Sequence record: LC768500.1
Strand: one strand, 5' to 3'
DNA length: 64,000 bases
Shown here: positions 18,180 through 27,300 of the stretch, piece after piece
Numbering within the stretch: the stretch's first letter is position 1
Layout: each line of letters starts with the position of its first letter
Position numbers and translations under genes: made by a program
The notes under the pieces: model-generated
Seen by the model: only the letters and a program-made list of their open reading frames with translations
Database searches by the model: none
Told to the model about the DNA's origin: nothing

Positions 18180-18674
18180 TTATACTGATGGCTTAACAAT
18201 TTCACCTTCAAAGTCAACTGATATGGCGCCCATATCAAGTTCTTTGTCTTTGATCCTGCCGATATCGGCGAGTTGTGAAAGTGGAACATTAGGATCCAGG
18301 AAGGTAGGCTGACCTGGCGCGAAACTAGGAAGTTTTAATTCACCGGTGCTTAATGACTGAAGTGCGTCGACCATTTGTTTGAATGAAACTTTGTTGTCTT
18401 CATTCTCTTTTTTCTTCGCGCGTTCTTTTCTGTCATCTCGAACTGATTTTTCCAACTGAGTTAACAAAGAAGAAATCGCTTCCAGTAATTTAGGGTCACC
18501 GGGTTTATTGGAGTAAGCCATAGAGGCGATATCCAGTATCATACTACGGTGTGACTGCACCGCCTGAATGAGCTGAGTCTGTTCAATATCTTCGTCAGTC
18601 GGATGGAGAGCAGCATTGATTGCAGACATCACCTTTTCTATCCGTATCTGAACGGGTGCTTTTTCGTCCATCAT
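18180..18674 (-). CDS. Hypothetical helical protein
   Basis: 164-aa ORF with charged coiled-coil segment. Confidence 0.7.
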   Translation of the reverse strand: MMDEKAPVQIRIEKVMSAINAALHPTDEDIEQTQLIQAVQSHRSMILDIASMAYSNKPGDPKLLEAISSLLTQLEKSVRDDRKERAKKKENEDNKVSFKQMVDALQSLSTGELKLPSFAPGQPTFLDPNVPLSQLADIGRIKDKELDMGAISVDFEGEIVKPSV

Positions 18675-18744
18675 AATTTTTTAAACCTACATTATAGAAG
18701 TAGTGGAATAAATAAAATGTTTTTAGCCCTTAGGGAACGTTAAC

Positions 18745-19338
18745 ATGCTTAAGAAATTTTTCAACTGGCTGGGGTTTAAAAGCAAATCGATAGGTAAGGC
18801 AGATACCCCGTTAGACGTCATAGAACGCATCAGGGAAGGCTTTCTTCCTAAGAACATGCGAAGCTTAGATAAACCGTTGTCTCTTCTATACGATTTAATT
18901 AAGACGCTTCCTGAGCTGGAATACAATGATTATAAAAAGTTACAGCGTAACACAGTTAAGGTTAGATCGCTGAGTTCGTTAGACATGTTCCATCTTTTAA
19001 AATCATCGGTTTTATCCAGCCAAGCGGAATATATGGATGCGGTGCAACGTTTAAATAGCGTCGCTACCGAAAGGCCCTTTCTTCATTGGTACTCTGGAGA
19101 GGAAAGCGCTATCGCACTTAACGAATTGTTTTTAAAACTTCTACCTAAAATAATCCTTTTCCACCAACTTAACAACCAGAGTACATTTCAACAGAATGAA
19201 GATATAACCGGATTTACGAATATCGAGATCCGGTTCTTTAGTTCTGTTCAGCTAAGGTATATGGTCGAAGACTATATCAGCATGTTGGAAGTGCTACTCT
19301 CACATCATTTTGGAGGCTCGGTTGAAGAAGCCCACTAA
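18745..19338 (+). CDS. Hypothetical protein
   Basis: AGGGA RBS, 197-aa ORF. Confidence 0.7.
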   Translation: MLKKFFNWLGFKSKSIGKADTPLDVIERIREGFLPKNMRSLDKPLSLLYDLIKTLPELEYNDYKKLQRNTVKVRSLSSLDMFHLLKSSVLSSQAEYMDAVQRLNSVATERPFLHWYSGEESAIALNELFLKLLPKIILFHQLNNQSTFQQNEDITGFTNIEIRFFSSVQLRYMVEDYISMLEVLLSHHFGGSVEEAH

Positions 19339-19738
19339 ACATCCCGTAGAACTTGAAATCTCTAAGTTATCCAATAACTCATGCGCTGACAGTGATTTAG
19401 CTGACGAGCCCGCAAGGTTATTCCGTAAGCTTTTACGTAAGCTTAACATGAATGTCGACAAACTCTGTTTGCTTATGAACGAGTATGTTAAGTGGACCGT
19501 GACGGGAGAGGACGAGGCTGAAATCAGAAAAAGACGTTCTTACACAATGGGGAACATTAAAGACACTTACTTTAAGAACCCCACACTGACTTTCAGCAAA
19601 CTTATCGAGGGATTAAGTATCCTGAGAATGAGCAAAGTCGAGGTCATTCTCAGAGTCTATGATAAGAAAGGCAATATGACCGAGGTCTCAGAAACTGTGA
19701 GAATCATCAGCAGCCCCGACGATAAAAAAGACGACTAA
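19322..19738 (+). CDS. Conserved jumbo-phage hypothetical protein
   Basis: GGAGG RBS before TTG 19322 (track start 19310); GNIK...LTFSKLIEGLSIL motif. Confidence 0.6.
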   Translation: MKKPTKHPVELEISKLSNNSCADSDLADEPARLFRKLLRKLNMNVDKLCLLMNEYVKWTVTGEDEAEIRKRRSYTMGNIKDTYFKNPTLTFSKLIEGLSILRMSKVEVILRVYDKKGNMTEVSETVRIISSPDDKKDD

Positions 19739-19750
19739 TCTTATAGCCCG

Positions 19751-19779
19751 AATACTCCTACCTTAGGGTAGGAGTATTT
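19751..19779. terminator. Hairpin, CTCCTAC family
   Basis: AATACTCCCTACC / GGTAGGAGTATT arms with one bulge. Confidence 0.65.
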
Positions 19780-19810
19780 AACCCTATTATTTATTTTTTA
19801 GGATATCGTC

Positions 19811-20929
19811 ATGGATTTAAATCCCAGTAGTATTTTTGACAACATCGATTTTAATTCTCCCGTATCCGACATTAAAAAAGAGGCGGATACTAAACTCGCC
19901 GATTTAAAAGGTAGCGTCCTTAACCCTATCAGCTCTAGTACCGCAAGGATTAAAGACGGCATCGCCCTGTTAAACAACATGGACACTAAGTTTAACCAAG
20001 CGGTAACAGGATTTAAATCTGACGTCATGGGTGTCGCTAACAGTATTATCGGCACCCTTCAAGATGGATACTTCACCATTAATGAATTAGTGAGTATGGT
20101 CATAGGGGCTTACACCAGCCTGACTAATCTCGCTAACATTGGTGATGATCTCAAATCCATACTGGGGACTAACGTCAGTAATATCGACGGGTTCTTAGAT
20201 CGGTTCAGCAACATCTTCGTCAGTAGCATCAACTCGAAGGTAAGAGCGAGCGGGTACAAATCCAATACGGTTAGTAGCGGTGGCGAATTCCTCACCATCA
20301 CTCAGAGTAATAATAATCCGTCTTCCCAAGCCATCATCGCAGCGTTGGGCAAGCTGTCAGTAGGCGATCTTCAGGATTCTTACGATAGTTCAGTTTCCAC
20401 CGCGGTATACAGCACCCTCTTAGCACAAGCCGTTTCCAGTGGATTGACTTCTTCCTACGCCGATCTTTATAACAAGATCACGGATAAAACCGAAGCCGAT
20501 AAGGCAGTTGTCTCGGCAATAGGTAACGCCCTTGCTAACGGCGATCTGACTTCAATTGAAAATCTCTTAGCGTTGATTACTAACAGCGGAGCGAAACTCA
20601 CTATTGGTTCCACCTATCCCAATGCTGCCGAAACCCTGTTAAGTAAATATAAACCTCTGGATTCTCAAGATGTTTCAGATTACCCGGCTATCTCCGAACA
20701 GCTGAAAACTATTTTGGTTCTCTTCGGGGGAGTGAATTGGTGGAAGGTTTACACCGCATTAGGTTGGGTTCCTAATTTACTTATCGCTTCTAAGCTCTCA
20801 AGTAGTGTCAGAGATATTTGGATGGAAGACGCCGAGCTCTTTGCATTAGTGGCTTGCAAAGGTTTCTTTAAAGAGATGACCGCACGTAAAGCCTTCTTAA
20901 CCAACTTTCCACAAACCCCGATAAGTTAA
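19811..20929 (+). CDS. Putative virion structural protein
   Basis: TAGGA RBS; Ser/Asn-rich helical 372-aa ORF; call is from context. Confidence 0.6.
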   Translation: MDLNPSSIFDNIDFNSPVSDIKKEADTKLADLKGSVLNPISSSTARIKDGIALLNNMDTKFNQAVTGFKSDVMGVANSIIGTLQDGYFTINELVSMVIGAYTSLTNLANIGDDLKSILGTNVSNIDGFLDRFSNIFVSSINSKVRASGYKSNTVSSGGEFLTITQSNNNPSSQAIIAALGKLSVGDLQDSYDSSVSTAVYSTLLAQAVSSGLTSSYADLYNKITDKTEADKAVVSAIGNALANGDLTSIENLLALITNSGAKLTIGSTYPNAAETLLSKYKPLDSQDVSDYPAISEQLKTILVLFGGVNWWKVYTALGWVPNLLIASKLSSSVRDIWMEDAELFALVACKGFFKEMTARKAFLTNFPQTPIS

Positions 20930-20964
20930 ATAACTACCGTCTCCCTTTGGGAGACGGTAGTTAT
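20930..20964. terminator. Bidirectional terminator, TAACTACCG family
   Basis: ATAACTACCGTCTCCC-ttt-GGGAGACGGTAGTTAT (16 bp). Confidence 0.85.
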
Positions 20965-20980
20965 AATTAGATCATTTTTT

Positions 20981-21004
20981 TTATCTTGGGAACTGCTGAT
21001 GGAA
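20981..21004 (-). pseudogene. Dead 3' remnant (FHQQFPR*) of the 22146-24296 gene
   Basis: Minus strand ttc cat cag cag ttc cca aga taa vs the live end tgg cac caa caa ttt ccg agg taa at 22146-22169. Confidence 0.8.
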
Positions 21005-21005
21005 A

Positions 21006-22058
21006 TCACTCTCGCTCAATTCTTTTAATAAAATAATTCTTATACATTCCATTGTTCCGATAAGACCGATTCAGGTTAGCCGAGTTGGTTCCGAAATTGG
21101 TTAACTCTATTGTTCCGGTTAGTCTGGTGACGCACTTAGTGCGTTTATGAGTCAATTCCCATATCACTCTGTCAGACCTATTCGACTTCCTCCCGGTTCT
21201 ATCGTAATTATAATCTCTTATTGCATTTATCAAATTCTGCTCGGGATCTTTATAGTGTTTGGTGTACTCTTCCTTGGTTACCTCTTCCCATTTACATCCC
21301 TTATAGGTTTTAGCTTTACCTGTCCTAATGGCGTGAAGATTACGATTATCCAATCCAAATTTAGCGCATTGTTCCTTGCCGCAAACGTATATCACTCTTT
21401 TCTTGAATCCTGGGATATCAATCACAGTACCTTTCATGGGAATGACGAAAGGATGCGACAAGTGCTTATGGGATACAAGGAGGTTATTCTCTTTGGCATG
21501 TTGCTTGTTCTGTTGTGGCGTGGTCCATTCTAATGAATTTACGTCGTTATCATCCTTTCCCTTTAAGTGGTTAACTTCAAGTTCAGAATAATCGTAAAGA
21601 TTGAGCTCATCAGGTTTTGGAATCCAGGACGACGCAACGATCCTGTGCACCATCATTACGTATCCTGATTTCATATATACTTTATAACCAAAATGGCTAA
21701 ACGTTCCTTTAACCATTTTGTACGTTCTTAAATTAAAAATTCTACCTCTGTTACTCACCCAAATATAAGTAAAAGATGTTGATGTTTTCTTATTAATATT
21801 GAGGTTCTTCGGGCTGTACGGAAAATAACTTGCCGGAACCCAATACTCTGATCTGGGATCTTCTTTTAATAATTTTGTTAACTTGGCATAATAAGCTTTC
21901 TTACGTTCTTCGTGCGATAAAAGATTCAATAAAGCGTTAGCCTTTTTTCCCATCGCATCAATAATAGATTTATATTCTTTAACAAATAACGGGAGATTTC
22001 CTCTAGCTATTTCATCCCATTCTTCTTCAGTTCTTATTCGCGGCGGTCTGATTTTCAT
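21006..22058 (-). CDS. Free-standing HNH homing endonuclease
   Basis: VSNRGRI, HRIVASSW, EVNHLKGKDDNDVNSLEWTTPQQNKQH; GGAG RBS favours ATG 22058 over 22091. Confidence 0.85.
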   Translation of the reverse strand: MKIRPPRIRTEEEWDEIARGNLPLFVKEYKSIIDAMGKKANALLNLLSHEERKKAYYAKLTKLLKEDPRSEYWVPASYFPYSPKNLNINKKTSTSFTYIWVSNRGRIFNLRTYKMVKGTFSHFGYKVYMKSGYVMMVHRIVASSWIPKPDELNLYDYSELEVNHLKGKDDNDVNSLEWTTPQQNKQHAKENNLLVSHKHLSHPFVIPMKGTVIDIPGFKKRVIYVCGKEQCAKFGLDNRNLHAIRTGKAKTYKGCKWEEVTKEEYTKHYKDPEQNLINAIRDYNYDRTGRKSNRSDRVIWELTHKRTKCVTRLTGTIELTNFGTNSANLNRSYRNNGMYKNYFIKRIERE

Positions 22059-22145
22059 GGTTACACTGCTCCAGATTACATTATTTATCATATAATAAGA
22101 AGCAGTGGTTTTCCATTAACAATACAAACCCTTGATATTAAAGGG

Positions 22146-24296
22146 TTACCTCGGAAATTGTTGGTGCCAGACGCGTCCAATATCTCCGATAATCGAGTCG
22201 TTCACAATACCCGCGATATTACCCGCAGAAACAGACTGACTTATCGAGTTCTTAGCCGTGGTTAATCTCCTTGATAATTTGTTCCATCTTAAAACGGTAT
22301 CAAGGTAATCCGACCCGGATAATCTCGTAATGTAGTCGGTATATTTCCCGGTATCGATCAACATCCTGTTAACCGCTTCAGCAGGGTTCGTCATATCGAG
22401 TAAGGAGACCGCCCTGGAGATAGGAAGCGAGACATGTTTTTCTAAATCGACAAAGGAGATATCAACAGTACAGTTCAACGGTTTACGGTCTTTCTTCCAA
22501 CCACCAACACCTTGTCCAAAGGAGATCGTTGCGGAATCGACCATACACGTTCTCATGATGGCACGACTCTTAGAAAAGATCTTACACAGGAAGGGTGATG
22601 TGTGAGCTGAAGGACCTGCGCTTAACGGCAGAATGATCGGCATCAATAATGATAGCGGAACCCAGATATTCATCAGTTGCGAATAAGGGTGTGCGTAAGT
22701 CGCCTCAAAATAGAAACGATAAGTTTCTTTATGTAGGTTTGCTGACGATTCGGCCCAGTGATCAGGAATGTTGATATAAGAGTTGTTCATTAACGCCATG
22801 GGAATGTTAGCGATCCCTATGGAGTTAATACCACCCATAGCAACTTCTTTCAAACCACTAATAACGCCGTCAACAACACCAACGCCTGTCATTCCTCCGG
22901 CTAAATCAAAACGAAGATCGTTAGCCGCTTTTGACATACTGTTGAATTTATCCGCTACGGCTGACTGGGTGGCAGAGTTAGAGAAGTTATCCGTTACCTC
23001 ACCTAAATGTTCTACTCGCCAAGTAATAGCATCTAGACCGCCGTACCAAGATGTTTTAACGAGATCAGCAACTTGTCCCGCCCACGAAGAGTCAGTGACG
23101 TTATCCGTAGCCGCAGTTAATCTCGCTGTAACGGATTCCAGACTCTCCGAAGCAGAGGAGAACTCACCTTGCCCGGAAGAGGCCGTGGTGGTCGTTCCAC
23201 TTCCGTCAGTATTCATTGACGAAGCATCCGATGGTGCGGCAGTCGCCGTCCCTGTCCCGGTCGTATCCGTGGTAATTGCTTGCGGGAGTATGCTCGTGTA
23301 AGCATCTTGATCGGTAAATGCCGAGGCTTTCTCCGGGTAATACCCTTCTTCTTTAGCACGATATTTACCGGTGGTGTTCAATTCCTTTTGCATCAACTCA
23401 TTGACACCATACTGTTTCCCAGAGAGAGTTTCGGCATTGAACTGGATGTTTTTGGCAATATCTGCCATCGCATCGTATTTTTCCTGAGCGGAGTTAATGA
23501 TGCGTTCGTTGAGCTTCTCAATTTCGGATAAGAACTTCCGATATTTTCTCGTCCCTAGTGAGACCAGTCGAATAACGTCTATTGTTCCGTCGTCGTTAAT
23601 ACAGTCCGGAAATAATGCGTTTAATCGCGCTATTTCATTATAGTAATTCCCGGCTTCTTCTGGGTCAACACCATTGATAGGCGCTCCTGGCGGTTTCTTA
23701 ATAGCAAGAACGGGTTTTATAAATCCTTGAGCTGTAGCAACGTCGTTTAAGAAGTTATTAGCTGCAGTCAGGTACATCCCCATGCTAGGCTTCACGTAAT
23801 AATACTGATTACGCGGAGTATCCATGAGGAAGTCTAAGAACGTCATCCCGATGCTGATCAGCTGGATGGGCCAGAATGCCAAAGTCCCTAACCCCTGACC
23901 GAAATAAAACGCCAGGCTGGGGCTACGGCCTTTATTAGCCTGAATAGCTGCTACTGGGTCGAACATGCGTTCTAAGAAAGTCAGTATCCCTGTGAATTCT
24001 GGAACACCAACAGTGATGGTAAGAAGAGACGCATTATCGTCATAGATCTTCTTATACTGTGTTCCCATCCCGCCGTATGAGGAAGACAAAAATTGGGAAT
24101 AACGGGGGTCTGTCGCCGGCCCAAATTGAGGGACTGGGTTGATGTACCGGTTATCCCCAATCGCACTACTGAAAAAGTTGTAATAAAGGTCTTTGTTAAG
24201 GTGATCTCGGATAGTGACGTTATCTATCCCAGTGCACATTAATTTGAAAGACTTAGCGATGAGATTTCTATCTCGTAAAGATATGCTGTTAGCCAC
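22146..24296 (-). CDS. Tail/baseplate-associated virion protein (phiKZ gp182-like position)
   Basis: 716 aa, directly downstream of the giant tail lysin gene; Thr/Ser-rich central linker. Confidence 0.65.
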   Translation of the reverse strand: MANSISLRDRNLIAKSFKLMCTGIDNVTIRDHLNKDLYYNFFSSAIGDNRYINPVPQFGPATDPRYSQFLSSSYGGMGTQYKKIYDDNASLLTITVGVPEFTGILTFLERMFDPVAAIQANKGRSPSLAFYFGQGLGTLAFWPIQLISIGMTFLDFLMDTPRNQYYYVKPSMGMYLTAANNFLNDVATAQGFIKPVLAIKKPPGAPINGVDPEEAGNYYNEIARLNALFPDCINDDGTIDVIRLVSLGTRKYRKFLSEIEKLNERIINSAQEKYDAMADIAKNIQFNAETLSGKQYGVNELMQKELNTTGKYRAKEEGYYPEKASAFTDQDAYTSILPQAITTDTTGTGTATAAPSDASSMNTDGSGTTTTASSGQGEFSSASESLESVTARLTAATDNVTDSSWAGQVADLVKTSWYGGLDAITWRVEHLGEVTDNFSNSATQSAVADKFNSMSKAANDLRFDLAGGMTGVGVVDGVISGLKEVAMGGINSIGIANIPMALMNNSYINIPDHWAESSANLHKETYRFYFEATYAHPYSQLMNIWVPLSLLMPIILPLSAGPSAHTSPFLCKIFSKSRAIMRTCMVDSATISFGQGVGGWKKDRKPLNCTVDISFVDLEKHVSLPISRAVSLLDMTNPAEAVNRMLIDTGKYTDYITRLSGSDYLDTVLRWNKLSRRLTTAKNSISQSVSAGNIAGIVNDSIIGDIGRVWHQQFPR

Positions 24297-24338
24297 GCCG
24301 TGTCTCCTGATTGGTGGGGCTTTCGCCCCACCGTATGG

Positions 24339-27300
24339 TTATTTGCTCGTATACCCCATCCTAGGATCTGGAGCTTTCTGGTTCTGGATTTCTTTAAGCA
24401 ATTGAGCGAGTAAATCGTTAGTTCTTCCTTGGGCTTGAACTTGAGCCGTTGCGACCGGATCGGGTTGCTGAACCGGTTTAGCCAACGGAGTTGGCGGCGC
24501 AGAAGTACTTTGCTCGGTCGGGACCTTAACACGATTAAGTGGGTTAGCCGGATCGGATTTGTACGCGACCGATCCCTCACTCACCGGGGTAGAAGGCACA
24601 GCTCCGATAGGTTTAGGTCCTTGATTAACCGACGGAGTAGTAATCGCTGAAACTGCCGCGACACTGTTAGCTGTTCCTACGTTTTCCGATTTCATCGTAG
24701 GCGGTTTGGCGTCAGGGCTGACAGAGGAAACCGAACTCGGAGGAGTTTCCCCAGAAGAGGAAGGCGTCGCTCCAGCATTAGGATCCACCGTCAACTCATT
24801 GGAAGTCAAACGTTTCATATACTGCTGATAAAGTCTTGTCCTCGCCGGCATATCAGGCAAGCCGTTGGGGTTAAGTCCTTGAGCTGCATATTCAAACGAG
24901 TTGTTCTTCACAATGGACTGAAGTCGTTTACCAGTCGAGCCGTTGGAGAGATACCAGATCAAGGTTTTCGCCATGACTTCTGGATCAGTAGAAACTAACT
25001 CTGGATTCTTAACGAGGTCTTTCCCCACATACTGAGAGGCAGCTCTGAAGTTATCCTTACCCGTAAGCTGAATGAACCCACGGCCTCTGTAAAGCCATCC
25101 GTCGTTAGGACCACTGTTACCCAACCTACCGCCATAAACCGCGTTAGCGATGGCCTGAGGGCCACCAGCCACGATCTGCTGGGCCTGCCCCATCGACTTC
25201 ACTCTACCTGGGAAAATTTCCAACAGCCGACCTGGCTTGTAGTTCATGTTTTCCGCGGTATTCTTAAATCCTCCGCTTTCAAAGTTAGCCAGAGCTAACA
25301 TTTCAGCAATAAGACGAGGATCCGTGAAGCCGGCCTTAATCATCTCCTTCATGATTAATTGCTCTGCGGCTTTCTGGGGAACGCTAACACCTTTGTCTCC
25401 ACCTCCCGACCCGCCTACCGGAGTGACACCAGAAAGATCAACTGTCGACGTATCGGTATTACCCGTAATAGGTTTATAGTTGATGACTGGCTGACCGCCC
25501 GCGATGACGTTATCGCCCATTGCAGCGGTCGCAACAGCCTGATTTAATCCACCCTCACCCATTGAGTGAGCCGAGGTATACGGAACGACTTCTTTAGCTC
25601 CAGAAGCTTTAACTTCTTTGTCACCAAAATTCAATTTCGCATTCTTCGCGGCGGTATCGAGGTTATTAACGATTGCTTTAACCTGAGGTGTGATCGACCC
25701 AGAAGTTGTATTAGGGAACGGCGACCATTTAACCTCCCAAACGGAAGTTGGGGTTTTACCGATATTCACTTTGAGCCCTAAAAGCTCTTTTGCGAAATCA
25801 AAAGCGTTAGTGGCAGTCATGGACTTCCAACCCGCGCTTGGTTTCACCCCCCTCATGATCCTCACGTATTTCACCCACGCCATACAGACTGGGAGGAAAC
25901 GATCCCGGAACCACGTACACCATTGGTTAGCTTGGTCGTCAGTTATTCTGAATGAGTTCTTAAAGAGGTTATACACCGCACCTGTGGTAGAAGTGAATCT
26001 AGCGTCGTTACCGATTACACTGATGTAATCCTCACAATACCGTTCTAACTTCAACACAGCTTCAACACGCCATGGGATGTGTTCCGTGTCACCGTAGGCT
26101 GCTAATCTTAATGCGGTTATCCCGGCCAGAGGTTTATCGCCCCCTGGTAAAAGATCGGTGATGTTAATTTCCATAACCGATTTTGTTACCGGATAACGTT
26201 TATTGATCTCTTCAATATCAGAACGATCCTCGTACGTCCCACCCACTCTCATTTTAAGACTAGACCACCAACCTGCCTTCTCAGATTTTTCAACCTGTTC
26301 GGCGGAGGTCTTCATGGTCACAATGCCTTCTTTCTCTATCCCCTCAGCTGTTCTTCCGTGTCTTTCGTTAAAGCTTTTCAGTTCGTCCAAATACAACCTA
26401 ACCTGATTAATGGTTTGGTCTTTACCCATTATAGGTGTGGCTTCATCGAACTGAGCGGCTATCTGATAAGGATAAGGATTGATGGTACCGATCCTGTCGT
26501 TGATGGTGGAAACAGTAGAGTACAATTTAGCGTCGGTCGATTTATCGAACGTCTCAAAATCCCTGTACCCCGCGGTATCGATCGCAGAAGCGTAAGTCAG
26601 GAAAATAGGTTTGAAACGAAGATTAAACCAAGTGAAGTAAGCCTGCTGCTGGCCCTTGTCATTGGCTTGAGGTATGAAGCTTTGGAATATCTGTTCGAGA
26701 GGAGCTGATTTAGCTATTGAAGCCACCCCAGCGGTTACGACGACATATTCACGTAATGCTTCTTCGGCAGATCTGATCTTAGCGGCTAAATCTGACTCGA
26801 CGTCCTTGATACCATATTGAGCCATACGAAGTTTGAACTGCGACCCTTTGCCTTTGGCGTAATACTTATAGATCAAATACCCGGCAACTGCAACTGCCCC
26901 AATCCCCAACGTTACTGGATTAAATAACAGAGGAGCGACGGCAGTAGCCAAAGCACCTGTACCCGATACAATAGCCGACCCGGCAGCACTCGCACCAGAA
27001 GCAATAGCTGATCCGATCCCGAGGTTAATCCCCATAGCCGACATGGCGCTAGAACCCAAAGATACCGCCGAAGCCGCAGTAAGCGTATTGCTCGCCACAT
27101 CCTTCCAGTTAGTCCCTTCGTGTTCTTCATTGGTGGCGTCGAGGTACATTCCTAATCCAGCGGTAGCCAAACCCGCTAAGCCGAATTTAAATGCCCTTCC
27201 TCTACCTACCCTACCGCCTCTAGTTCTTCTTCCTCTACGTCGGCCTGAAGCCCCTCCTGCAGCATCAACAATATCGTCAACACCATCAGATGCCCGGCGA

